DNA of 61,445 nucleotides, taken from assembly GCA_020832825.1 (NCBI GenBank), contig JAJHRL010000001.1:1-61445 (forward strand), read 5' to 3'. The notes beneath the pieces are model-generated. The model worked only from the letters and a program-made list of their open reading frames with translations, was not told the DNA's origin and did no database searches. A program made the translations under genes and the position numbers. Below, piece by piece: positions 23,826 to 33,227 of the stretch; within the stretch, counting starts at the first letter, position 1; every line of letters begins with the position of its first letter. The DNA is from Candidatus Aenigmatarchaeota archaeon (lineage in GTDB: Archaea > Aenigmatarchaeota > Aenigmatarchaeia > CG10238-14 > SpSt-28).

Positions 23826-25061
23826 TCAAATTAAGCTTTCGTAGATTTTTAATGTTTCTTTTGCAGTTCTTTCTATTGTAAAATTTTCTATAACCCTTTT
23901 CCTTCCGTTTTTCCCCCACTTTTTGGCCTCTTCATAATTTTCTAGTACCACTCTAATCCCCCATGCGATATCATGGGGGTCCTCTCCATTGACATGTACC
24001 CCGCATCTTTCCTCACCACTTGGAATGACCTGTTCTCTTAACCCACTTATTCCTCTAGCCCCCACAACAACAGGTCTTTCCATGCTCATAGCCTCCAGGC
24101 TAACAATCCCAAAAGGTTCGCTAATACTCGGGAATACACAGACATCAGCAAGGGCATAGTGTGCTATCCTTTCTTCTTCACTTACCCATTCGCTCCTTAT
24201 TTCTACTTTTTCGCCTAGTCCCAAAGATTGTTTTAGCTGTATCAAGTCCGAGTAACTTTCTCCCTTTCCAAGAATTACCAGTTTAACATTCGGGAAATCT
24301 TTTACTATCTCAGGCATTGCTCTTATTAAGTTCGTTACACCTTTTATCCATGTCAATCTGCCTATGAAGAGGATTACTCTTTCTTCTTTGATCTTATACC
24401 TCTCTTTTAGCTTGTCAACAAGTCTCCAATTAACATTCTTTAAAGAATATTTTTCCACGTCTATACCGTTATACACCACATTTAGCTTTTCTCTTGGATA
24501 TCCTAGATTCTCTAAGAATTCTTTCATAGAGTAAGAGACTGTTATTATTTTGTCGGCCTTTCTTGCAGCCTCCCTTTCAATTTCCTTTACGACTTCCGAA
24601 CCACCACCCAGAGATCTTTGCTCCTCAATAGAATGAATATGAAAAACAGTTGGTAATTGTGTATTGTCTTTAATCATAATTCCAGCAAACCCGGCTAGCC
24701 AATCGTGAAAAGAGACGATGTCAAAATTCCTTTTCTCCTTTCTCACAAGCTGGTTAACAAATTTCGATGCAGAAAGGTAGTTAAAAGCGAAAATATCTGA
24801 GAAAAATTTTATATGATGACCCCACCTTCTCAAATCCTCCTTAACGAAAAGTGGGAAGATTCTGCTACTATCTAAGATTAAGGGCCGATGAATCTCTATA
24901 CCATTCCAATCTTCTCTTGATGGAAGATTTCCGTCATTTAAAGTAAATACCACAACCTCATGTCCCATTTCTACAAATTTCTTCGTTATTTCTATTGCAT
25001 ATGTTCCTAAACCGCCTACAAGCCATGGCCAGAACTCCCAGCAAAAAAAAGCAATCCTCAT
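23826..25061 (-). CDS. Glycosyltransferase family 4 (GT-B, group 1)
   Basis: N-terminus LVGGLGTY, and C-terminal FPSISEPFGIVSLEAM (E-x7-E region). Confidence 0.8.
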   Translation of the reverse strand: MRIAFFCWEFWPWLVGGLGTYAIEITKKFVEMGHEVVVFTLNDGNLPSREDWNGIEIHRPLILDSSRIFPLFVKEDLRRWGHHIKFFSDIFAFNYLSASKFVNQLVRKEKRNFDIVSFHDWLAGFAGIMIKDNTQLPTVFHIHSIEEQRSLGGGSEVVKEIEREAARKADKIITVSYSMKEFLENLGYPREKLNVVYNGIDVEKYSLKNVNWRLVDKLKERYKIKEERVILFIGRLTWIKGVTNLIRAMPEIVKDFPNVKLVILGKGESYSDLIQLKQSLGLGEKVEIRSEWVSEEERIAHYALADVCVFPSISEPFGIVSLEAMSMERPVVVGARGISGLREQVIPSGEERCGVHVNGEDPHDIAWGIRVVLENYEEAKKWGKNGRKRVIENFTIERTAKETLKIYESLI

Positions 25062-26555
25062 TTACATCTTTAAAGCCTGCAAATAAACCTTTGATACATA
25101 TTCCTTTGCTGTATATTTCATGTCTACTTCTGTTTTAAAGGCATTCCACATCACTTTCTTCCATTTTTCTTTGTTCCAAAAAATTCTGTTAATTTTCTCC
25201 ATTTTTCTCATAAAGGCTTCAGGCGAGTATTCTTCTTTCCAAACTAGAAAACCATTTCCAGTTTCTAATATTTCATCAAATTCTTTTATTACCTCGGCCA
25301 GCCCACCAGTCTTAGTTCCTAGACAAGGAGTGGCATTTACCATGGACATCATATAGCCGGTTCCACAAGGTTCTTTATTGGGTATTGACGGATATAAAAG
25401 AAGGTCGCCACCCGCATACATCATCTTTGCTAACTCTTCGTCAAATGAATAAATGAAAACAAAATTTTCAAGCTTTTTGTGTAACTCAAAAAATTTTCTT
25501 GCCCAGGCTTGTCCTACATCATCATTCGGATGAGCCATTCCCAATACTACGAACTGAATTCCAAGTTTATTATGCATCTCCTCTATTAGTGGCATTATCG
25601 TATCAAATCCTTTCTGACTGCTAAGTCTTCTTGGCATTATTACTATCATTTTGTTCTCGTCTAATTTCTTTCCTGTTCTCGCCTTTATCTCTCTTATTAA
25701 CCTCTTCTTTTCCTCCATTTTTAGCTCCAATATGTTCTCTGGAGTTGCATTTCTGTAATTTTGAGACCTCCAGTATTCGACGTCAATTCCATTTAGAATT
25801 CCAAATACATTTTTTCTTACGAAGACTTCTCTCATTCCTTCTCCTTCTACTTTTAGATTTATAGCATAATCTTCACTAACTGTGTTAACTATCTCGCTGT
25901 TACTCACGCCCGCGTATAAGAGGTTGATGTTCCCGTTCCAAATCAATCTTTCGAGAGAAAAAGAATGAAGGTTTAATATGTTTCTCCTCTCAATAGGATG
26001 AATTTGTTGATATGCTAGGCCGGCATTATGAATTGTAAAGACAAATTTGGCTTTCGAAAAGGTTAAATAGGAAGGATCATCCTTGACGTAGATTGGTATC
26101 AAACTTGTTAGCGCATCATTTAAGTGTATGATAGACGGCTTAATATCTAATAGTTTTAATGCCTCGAGAAGACCTTTCGCGAGGAAGATTGCAAACTTTA
26201 GAAGATCACCAACATAAAGTGCTTCCGTTAATTCTTCGTTAAAGAGGAAGATGAACTTTGCACCATATTTCTCTGTTGTAAAGACTTTAACTTTGTACTT
26301 TTTCCCTATTTCTATCTCAATTTCTCCAATTTTCTCTAAGTTTAAATCAGAATAATCTATTTCTTTTTTGTATGAGTCAAATACAAGATATTTGTATAGG
26401 CATGAACCAACTACCATGTTTAGGCCAAGTTCACTCAAGGCTTTTACGAGTTCTTCGGCCACTTGGCCTAAACCGCCTGCTCTTGATTTAAAAGTTTTCA
26501 ACTCGGGGGAAACAAAGAAGATCACTTTATCTTTAAGTTCTTTAAGTTCATTCAT
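25062..26555 (-). CDS. glgA: Glycogen/starch synthase-like GT5
   Basis: N-terminal SRAGGLGQV (K-x-G-G-L type motif), C-terminal YPSIPNKEPCGTGYM, and the typical archaeal GlgA architecture. Confidence 0.7.
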   Translation of the reverse strand: MNELKELKDKVIFFVSPELKTFKSRAGGLGQVAEELVKALSELGLNMVVGSCLYKYLVFDSYKKEIDYSDLNLEKIGEIEIEIGKKYKVKVFTTEKYGAKFIFLFNEELTEALYVGDLLKFAIFLAKGLLEALKLLDIKPSIIHLNDALTSLIPIYVKDDPSYLTFSKAKFVFTIHNAGLAYQQIHPIERRNILNLHSFSLERLIWNGNINLLYAGVSNSEIVNTVSEDYAINLKVEGEGMREVFVRKNVFGILNGIDVEYWRSQNYRNATPENILELKMEEKKRLIREIKARTGKKLDENKMIVIMPRRLSSQKGFDTIMPLIEEMHNKLGIQFVVLGMAHPNDDVGQAWARKFFELHKKLENFVFIYSFDEELAKMMYAGGDLLLYPSIPNKEPCGTGYMMSMVNATPCLGTKTGGLAEVIKEFDEILETGNGFLVWKEEYSPEAFMRKMEKINRIFWNKEKWKKVMWNAFKTEVDMKYTAKEYVSKVYLQALKM

Positions 26556-26574
26556 AAGAGGAATTGTTTTTATT

Positions 26575-27894
26575 CTAAATAAATCTGCTAAAAAACCTCT
26601 CGATCTGTTTCTTGAGTCTTTTTAAACTGTTCTTTGTTTCCCCCTGAATATAAACTCTGATAGCAGGCTCTGTATTTGATGCTCTGATAAGAAACCAATT
26701 TTTTTCGTTTATGATTACCTTAATTCCGTCCGTAGTAATAATTTCGAATTCCCTACCTATAGTCTCCTTAAGTTTTTCGATTATTTGATATTTTCTTCCT
26801 TCTGGAACGGTTACTTTGAAGGTTTCGGAATGGAGTTCAGGATATTCTGATGCTAGCTCAGAAAGTTTCTTTCCTTCTCTTTTAATAATTCTTATCATCA
26901 AGAGAAATGAATAAAAAGCATCTTCCATAAAGTTTGTAGACTTGAAATAGAAATGTGAAGAAATCTCCCCACCCACATCCGCGTTGTTCTTTCTCATTTC
27001 ATTTATTATGAAGGTTCTACCGACTCTACTTTCTATTCCTTCTATGTTGAGGGTTTTGAGTAAAGTCTTGAAAAAAGGAGGGAAAGAAACTTCATATACT
27101 ACTTTCCTAGGTAACATAAACTTAGAGAAAATGTAAAGAATCTTATCTCCACTCATTATTTTTCCATTTTCATCTAGAAACACGATCCTATCTGCATCTC
27201 CGTCAAAAGCAACACCCATTATGCATTTTTTCTCTCTTACTATTTTGGCTAGCTTCTTTAGATTTTCCTTTGTCGGTTCTGGGGGATGGGAGGGAAAGTT
27301 ACCATCAATTTCTTTGTTTACTTCGATTGTATTTACTCTATTTTTTATGATTTCTGAGAAGACTATACTCCCGCATCCATTCGAGTAGTCTATACAAACG
27401 TTTTCGTCAAATTCTTCTACATATGCTTCAAGAAACATTCTATGCTCATTTTTCATTTCAGAAACATCTATATAGCTTCCTTTCCTTTCTCCCTTTCTTC
27501 CTCCTACTTTTTTAAAGATTCTTTCTATCTCTTCTAAACCAAACCCCATCCCAATGCTATTCCCAAGCCCATCATAAACTTTTACTCCATTGAACTCTTT
27601 CGGGTTATGAGATGCGGTAACTAATAGACCGAAGTCGAATTTTTTGCTTGAAATTAAAAAATTGAAAGTAGAAGTAGATACGATACCTAGGTCATGAACA
27701 TTTATTCCTTCTTCTATTAAGCCATTTATCAACGCTTTTTTAAGCGAAGGGGTAGAAAGTCTTCCGTCTCCACCAACTAGTGCATCTCTTCCGTTGAAAT
27801 ACTTCGCACAAGCTCTTCCTATTCTATAGCATACTTTCTCATTAATCTCTGTAGGATAAATACCTCTAATATCATACTCCTTGAAAATACTCAT
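26575..27894 (-). CDS. Phosphoglucomutase/phosphomannomutase
   Basis: Active-site TASHNPKEFNG, metal loop FDGDADR, sugar loop GGEISSH. Confidence 0.92.
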   Translation of the reverse strand: MSIFKEYDIRGIYPTEINEKVCYRIGRACAKYFNGRDALVGGDGRLSTPSLKKALINGLIEEGINVHDLGIVSTSTFNFLISSKKFDFGLLVTASHNPKEFNGVKVYDGLGNSIGMGFGLEEIERIFKKVGGRKGERKGSYIDVSEMKNEHRMFLEAYVEEFDENVCIDYSNGCGSIVFSEIIKNRVNTIEVNKEIDGNFPSHPPEPTKENLKKLAKIVREKKCIMGVAFDGDADRIVFLDENGKIMSGDKILYIFSKFMLPRKVVYEVSFPPFFKTLLKTLNIEGIESRVGRTFIINEMRKNNADVGGEISSHFYFKSTNFMEDAFYSFLLMIRIIKREGKKLSELASEYPELHSETFKVTVPEGRKYQIIEKLKETIGREFEIITTDGIKVIINEKNWFLIRASNTEPAIRVYIQGETKNSLKRLKKQIERFFSRFI

Positions 27895-27929
27895 ACTACA
27901 ACTTAAATTTCTCGCTTAAAAAAGAAATT

Positions 27930-28766
27930 ATGATAAATGTTACCTCAATTGGAGATGTAAACGTTGATATTCTTAGCGAGGCTGTAGAAAAGTTTGAAGA
28001 AAATAACGAACAAAAAATTGTTGAGCAAATTAAGTTAAAAGTTGGAGGGGGAGCAGCAAACTTTGCTTGTTGGCTAAGAAAACTCGGTATGAAGGTCAGA
28101 CTAATAGGAGCAGTAGGAAACGATATGTTTGGAGAGTTTATAAAAGAGGAGTTGAAGAAAATTGGAGTTGATGCGAGATTAGTTACGCTTAAGGAGAGAA
28201 CGGGGATAACTATTGGTATTCAGTTTAAGGATGGGAGCAAAAGGCTAGTGACATTTAGAGGAACAAATAGGTTGCTCTCTTTTCAACACATAAACATATC
28301 TGAAATAGATGGCGACATTGTATATTTTAGTGGCTACAATCTGTTAGAGAATTTAAGAAAAGAATTGCCTAAACTTTTTGAGAAGATAAAGAGAGAGGGC
28401 AAAATTATATCTCTCGATCCAGACTTAAAAGCAGGTATCACCTTCGAAAAGAGTGAGTTTTTCGAGGTTGCAAAGTACGTTGACATAATGTTTTTGAACG
28501 AAAAAGAAGCACGCCTTATTTCAAATAATTTTAAATGGTTCAAAGGAAGAACACTTGTAATAAAGAGAGGAAGGAAAGGAGCAATTGGTATAGAAAATGG
28601 AGAACGCGTCGAAGTAAGTGGGAAAGAGGTTGAGGTAAAAAATCCAACGGGTGCTGGCGATGTGTTTAACGCGGCTTTCATTCACCATTACTACTATGGC
28701 TATGAGCTGAGAGAATGCCTCGAATTTGCCAACAGTGAGGCTGCAGAATATATCCAAAACTTCTAA
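27930..28766 (+). CDS. PfkB-family carbohydrate/nucleoside kinase
   Basis: GGGAANFA and the C-terminal NPTGAGDVFNAAF signature. Confidence 0.85.
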   Translation: MINVTSIGDVNVDILSEAVEKFEENNEQKIVEQIKLKVGGGAANFACWLRKLGMKVRLIGAVGNDMFGEFIKEELKKIGVDARLVTLKERTGITIGIQFKDGSKRLVTFRGTNRLLSFQHINISEIDGDIVYFSGYNLLENLRKELPKLFEKIKREGKIISLDPDLKAGITFEKSEFFEVAKYVDIMFLNEKEARLISNNFKWFKGRTLVIKRGRKGAIGIENGERVEVSGKEVEVKNPTGAGDVFNAAFIHHYYYGYELRECLEFANSEAAEYIQNF

Positions 28767-28787
28767 ATTTCGATTCGAAAAATATGA

Positions 28788-29150
28788 ATGAAACTGAAAA
28801 TTTTACTACCTACTTTAAGAAGGAAAAGAAGATATATTCTCTTCAAAGTAATCTCTGAGCAAAAAATTGAATATTTATCCTTTAAAGAGCTTTTGATTTC
28901 AACTTTTCTAAAGTTTTACGGAGAACATACTTTTGCTAGGTTCGATTTTAGGCTACTAGATGAGAGATGGAATGAAAATGAACAAATTGGAATAGCGAGA
29001 TGTGCTCATAACTTTGTTCCAAATACTATAGTAGTGTTTGGCTTGCTACAAAGGCTAGGCGACATTAGAATAAATGTTAAAATTTTAAAAATATCTGGAA
29101 CTATTAACTCTTTGCTAAAGAATTTAAGGACAAAAGATAAAAGAAAATAG
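28788..29150 (+). CDS. rnp2: RNase P protein component 2 (Pop5)
   Basis: LPTLRRKRRYILFKVISE N-terminal signature. Occupies the standard position upstream of psmA. Confidence 0.8.
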   Translation: MKLKILLPTLRRKRRYILFKVISEQKIEYLSFKELLISTFLKFYGEHTFARFDFRLLDERWNENEQIGIARCAHNFVPNTIVVFGLLQRLGDIRINVKILKISGTINSLLKNLRTKDKRK

Positions 29151-29161
29151 TTGGTGAGTGT

Positions 29162-29869
29162 ATGCCTGAAGAAGGTTTTCCCGAAGCTATGGGCTATGAT
29201 AGAACTATTGCTATGTTTTCCCCAGATGGAAGACTTTTCCAAGTTGAGTACGCAAAAGAAGCTGTAAAAAGAGGAATAACTGCACTAGGCATAGTATTTA
29301 ACAAGGGCGTAATTTTAGCAACAGCTAAAGTTCTCGATGAACTAATGGCACCAACATCAATCGAGAAAGTATTTCAGGTAGATGATCACATTGGTGCTGT
29401 AGCTTCGGGCTATCTCGCTGACGCTAGAGTACTAGTTGATTTTGCAAGAATAGTTGCTCAAAGACATCAGATAACCTATGAAGAACCAATAGATGTTTGG
29501 ACATTAGCCAAAGAGGTTGGAAATAGAATGCAACTTTTAACACAATATGGTGGTTTAAGACCTTATGGTGTAACAATAATTTTTGGTGGAGAGGATCATA
29601 CTGGAGCTCATTTAATTGAGGCCGATCCATCTGGGATGCTTTTCGAGTGGTATGCTTACGCAATCGGAAGGGGTGCACCTACTGCCATGAAAATGTTCAG
29701 AGAAGAATGGAAACCGTCTATAACTAAAAAAGATGCAATAAAATTGGCAATGGATGTATTGGAAAAAACGGAGAAGATAAAAGAAGGGAAAAAAATAGAT
29801 TTGGCTGTTATAGAAAATCGGAAGTTTAAGATTCTTGAGGAGGAAGAAATAAAGAAAATTCTAAAGTGA
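29162..29869 (+). CDS. psmA: Proteasome alpha subunit
   Basis: YDRTIAMFSPDGRLFQVEYA signature. Confidence 0.95.
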   Translation: MPEEGFPEAMGYDRTIAMFSPDGRLFQVEYAKEAVKRGITALGIVFNKGVILATAKVLDELMAPTSIEKVFQVDDHIGAVASGYLADARVLVDFARIVAQRHQITYEEPIDVWTLAKEVGNRMQLLTQYGGLRPYGVTIIFGGEDHTGAHLIEADPSGMLFEWYAYAIGRGAPTAMKMFREEWKPSITKKDAIKLAMDVLEKTEKIKEGKKIDLAVIENRKFKILEEEEIKKILK

Positions 29870-29876
29870 TGTCTTT

Positions 29877-30584
29877 ATGATAAGCATTGACAAGGCTGTA
29901 GTAGCAAGATTGAAAGTTAGAGGGATGAATTTTGAAGTCCTTGTAGATCCAAGGAAAGCGTACGAACTGAAAAAAGGAGCGAATGTTAATATTCAAGATA
30001 TTCTTGCATATCCAGCTATTTATAGAGATGCTAGAAAGGGGGAAACTGTAAAAAATGAAGAGCTTCAAAAAGCTTTCGGAACAATTGATGTTTATAAAAT
30101 AGCAGAGGAAATAGTAAAGAAAGGAGAGTTTTCACTAACTACAGAACAAAAAAGAGAATTGATAGAAGAGAAAAAGAATCAGATAGCAACTCTCATTTCT
30201 AAAAGAGCAATCAATCCTCAAACTAATACCCCACATCCTCCACAAAGAATTCTTAATGCTATGGAAAAAGCAGGAGTAAATATCGATCCGTTTGTAGATG
30301 CTGAAGTTCAAATAGAGAAAGTTCTGAAAGCGATAAAACCCATTTTACCAATAAAGTTTGAAAAATCACTTCTGCAATTAAAAATTCCACCTGAATTTGT
30401 TGTAAAAACTTATAACATTATAACAAAGGCAGGAGAAATTAAAAAAGAAGAATATTTAAACGATGGAAGTTTAGTTGTTCAAATCGAAATATTTAGCGGT
30501 GTTCAAGATGAATTCTTTAAGAAAATAGCAGAGATTACAAAAGGAAACTTTGAATCGAAGATTTTGAAAAAGGTGGAAGTATGA
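29877..30584 (+). CDS. sdo1: SBDS/Sdo1 ribosome maturation protein
   Basis: VVARLKVRGMNFEVLVDP FYSH-domain N-terminus. Conserved exosome-operon position. Confidence 0.9.
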   Translation: MISIDKAVVARLKVRGMNFEVLVDPRKAYELKKGANVNIQDILAYPAIYRDARKGETVKNEELQKAFGTIDVYKIAEEIVKKGEFSLTTEQKRELIEEKKNQIATLISKRAINPQTNTPHPPQRILNAMEKAGVNIDPFVDAEVQIEKVLKAIKPILPIKFEKSLLQLKIPPEFVVKTYNIITKAGEIKKEEYLNDGSLVVQIEIFSGVQDEFFKKIAEITKGNFESKILKKVEV

Positions 30585-31237
30585 CGCAGAGAGAAATCGT
30601 TTTGCCAGGAAGTTATATAGGAGAGAGAAAAGGTAGAAAAATTGTAAATTGTTACGTAGAAGGAGAAAAGGTTTATTCAAAAGTTTTAGGAGTCCTTAAG
30701 ATTAGTGATGAAGAAATTTGTGTTGTTCCTCTAGCAGGCAAATATTTTCCTAAGGTGGGAGACAGGATTATAGGAAGGATAGAAGAGATAGAGGTTTCTG
30801 GTTGGTGGGTGGATATAAATTCTCCTTATATGGCTTTTCTACCACTTAGCGAAGCTGTAGATGAGTTTGTTGATGTTAGAAGAGTTGATTTGAGCAGATT
30901 TTATGATATCGATGACATAATATTTTGCAAAATAACGAAAGTAACTAAAAACAAAATAATTCAAGTTAGCATGAAGGATGTGTTAGCAAGAAAACTGTTC
31001 GGTGGAATAACAATAAAAATTACTCCTTATAAAGTTGCTAGAGTTATAGGAAAAGGAGGGAGTATGATAGAGTTGATTAAAGAAAAAACTGGTTCTGAGA
31101 TTTACGTTGGACAAAATGGAGTGATTTGGATAAAAGGAGGGAAAAAAGAAAAAGCTATAGAAGCTATCTTAACGATTGAAAGAGAAGCTCATACAATAGG
31201 GTTAACTGAAAAAATTGCAAAAATGTTGAGTGGTTAG
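30581..31237 (+). CDS. rrp4: Exosome RNA-binding subunit Rrp4
   Basis: N-terminal domain, S1 (GDRIIGRIEEIEVSGWWVDI) and KH (VIGKGGSMIELI). Confidence 0.92.
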   Translation: MTQREIVLPGSYIGERKGRKIVNCYVEGEKVYSKVLGVLKISDEEICVVPLAGKYFPKVGDRIIGRIEEIEVSGWWVDINSPYMAFLPLSEAVDEFVDVRRVDLSRFYDIDDIIFCKITKVTKNKIIQVSMKDVLARKLFGGITIKITPYKVARVIGKGGSMIELIKEKTGSEIYVGQNGVIWIKGGKKEKAIEAILTIEREAHTIGLTEKIAKMLSG

Positions 31238-31238
31238 T

Positions 31239-31967
31239 ATGAAAAAACCAGAAATACCGCTTATAATTAATGGAAGAAGAATTGATGGGAGATTGCCTGA
31301 TGAAGTTAGAGAAATAAAAATGTCAATTGGTGAAATTTTAAATGCCGATGGTTCTGCTAGAGTTAGTTTTGGAAATACAGAAGCGATAGTTGCTGTTTAT
31401 GGACCTAGAGCACTATTTCCTAAATTTTTGCAAGAAACAGATGTTGGTTTAGTTAGAGTAATTTATTCCATGTCACCATTTTCTGTCGATGAAAGAAAAA
31501 ATCCAGCTCCAGATAGAAGAAGTATAGAAATTTCAAAAGTGACAAAGGAAGCTTTGAGTGCCGCGATTTTTATCGAAGATTTTCCTAAGGCAGTTGTAGA
31601 TGTTTATGAAAACATTATCCAGGCTGATGGTAGCACAAGAGTAGCGGCAATAAATGCAGCATCGCTAGCTTTAGCTTCAGCCGGCATACCAATGAAAGAT
31701 TTGGTTGCTGCTTGTTCCGTCGGAAAAGTTGATGATACTTTAATTGTTGACTTAAACGGAAAAGAAGATAATTACTCAGAATCCGACATGGCAGTTGCCA
31801 TGATGCCTTCCAAAGGTCTGATAACATTTCTGCAAATGGATGGAAGATTAACTAAAGAAGAAGTTTTGGAGCTTTTAAAGAAGGCGGAAGAAGTTTGTAA
31901 AAGAATATATGAGCTGCAGAAAAAAACTCTGCTTGAGAGATACAAAATGGAGAAAGAGGAGGAGTAA
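31239..31967 (+). CDS. rrp41: Exosome exonuclease Rrp41 (RNase PH)
   Basis: RIDGR, ADGS and the RNase PH fold pattern. ATG at 31239 (the track uses GTG at 31230). Confidence 0.92.
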   Translation: MKKPEIPLIINGRRIDGRLPDEVREIKMSIGEILNADGSARVSFGNTEAIVAVYGPRALFPKFLQETDVGLVRVIYSMSPFSVDERKNPAPDRRSIEISKVTKEALSAAIFIEDFPKAVVDVYENIIQADGSTRVAAINAASLALASAGIPMKDLVAACSVGKVDDTLIVDLNGKEDNYSESDMAVAMMPSKGLITFLQMDGRLTKEEVLELLKKAEEVCKRIYELQKKTLLERYKMEKEEE

Positions 31968-32720
31968 ATGGAAGAGTTTGTTAAAGAGTACTTGAACCAA
32001 GGAAAGAGAATTGATGGTAGAGGCTTTAGGGATTATAGACCAATAGAAATAAAACATTCTGTGGTTTCAAAAGCAGAAGGTTCTGCTTTTGTTAACCTTG
32101 GTGGAACAAAAGTTTATGCTGGAGTAAAATTGGATATAGGCGAACCCTTTCCAGACTCTCCTAATGAAGGGATTTTGATCGTAAACGCCGAATTTACTCC
32201 ACTATCTTCTCCAGAAATAGAGCCTGGTCCTCCTGGAGAAGACGCCATAGAGTTGGCTAGAATTGTAGATAGAATAATTAGAGAATCACAAGCAATAGAG
32301 TTGGAGAAACTTTTCATAGAGGAAGGAAAAGTTTGGGTTGTTTACGTAGACTTGGCAGTATTCGACATGAGAGGAAATCTTATGGATGCGTCAACGCTTG
32401 CTTCTATTAAGGCGTTACTTCATACTCGAATTCCAAAAGTAGAGAACGGAAAAATAATAAGAGGAGAATTTGTGTCTAAGTTGCCAGTAATTTATAAACC
32501 AGTAAGTGTAACAATCGGCAAGTATAACAACAATTTGCTTGTAGACTTAAGCAAAGAGGAAGAGGAAGTCATCGATACTAAGCTCGTAATTGGAGTTAGA
32601 GATGATGATAAAATTTGTGCGATGCAAAAGCAAGGAATTGGTGCTCTTAGTTTTAAGGATATAGAAGGGGCTCTAGATTTGGCAATTGAGAAATCGAAGG
32701 AGCTAAGGAGGTTGTTATAA
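31968..32720 (+). CDS. rrp42: Exosome subunit Rrp42 (inactive RNase PH)
   Basis: GKRIDGRGFRDYRPIEI and GSAFV..GGTKVYAGV. Confidence 0.9.
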   Translation: MEEFVKEYLNQGKRIDGRGFRDYRPIEIKHSVVSKAEGSAFVNLGGTKVYAGVKLDIGEPFPDSPNEGILIVNAEFTPLSSPEIEPGPPGEDAIELARIVDRIIRESQAIELEKLFIEEGKVWVVYVDLAVFDMRGNLMDASTLASIKALLHTRIPKVENGKIIRGEFVSKLPVIYKPVSVTIGKYNNNLLVDLSKEEEEVIDTKLVIGVRDDDKICAMQKQGIGALSFKDIEGALDLAIEKSKELRRLL

Positions 32721-32885
32721 ATGTCTATAAATCATATAACTAAGAAAATAAAGCTTGCTGCAATAGCAAAAATAAGGAGAGCGCCAATATGGGCTAGTAT
32801 AAGGAAATTTGGACTGAAAAGAGCAAGAACAAGAAGGATAGTTACGTATCCAAAAAGATGGAGAAGAACCAGAATTAGAATTTAA
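32721..32885 (+). CDS. rpl39e: Ribosomal protein L39e
   Basis: Below the ORF-track size cutoff. My translation: MSINHITKKIKLAAIAKIRRAPIWASIRKFGLKRARTRRIVTYPKRWRRTRIRI, with the L39e pattern KK.RLA...R.P.W......PKR.WRRT. ATG abuts the rrp42 stop. Confidence 0.8.
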   Translation: MSINHITKKIKLAAIAKIRRAPIWASIRKFGLKRARTRRIVTYPKRWRRTRIRI

Positions 32886-32951
32886 TTTACATCTATTTTC
32901 AATTTCAAAAACAACAATACTAACATATATTTTTTCCCTCCAAAATTTAAG

Positions 32952-33227
32952 ATGGAAGAGTGGGTAATGAAACGGCCAAAGAAAATTGAGAATTTAAAGA
33001 TAATCGAACATGTTGGTGGTCTTTACGCAACATTTGATGGAGAACGATATTGGAGAATAGAGAAATGGGCTTTTGAGATTTTAAAGTTGTGTGATGGAAG
33101 GAAGAGTATTTCTGAAATTGCAAGAATACTAGCTGAAGAGCTTCAGATGAATTGGGAGGACGTACTCAAAGGTCTTAAACCAATAATAGAGGAATTTGAG
33201 AGGGTTGGATTTATAAAATATGTCTAA
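32952..33227 (+). CDS. PqqD-family (RiPP-recognition-element-like) small protein
   Basis: WAFEILKLCDGRKSISEIARILAEELQMNWEDVLKGLKPIIEEFERVGFI fits the PqqD wHTH pattern. Confidence 0.6.
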   Translation: MEEWVMKRPKKIENLKIIEHVGGLYATFDGERYWRIEKWAFEILKLCDGRKSISEIARILAEELQMNWEDVLKGLKPIIEEFERVGFIKYV

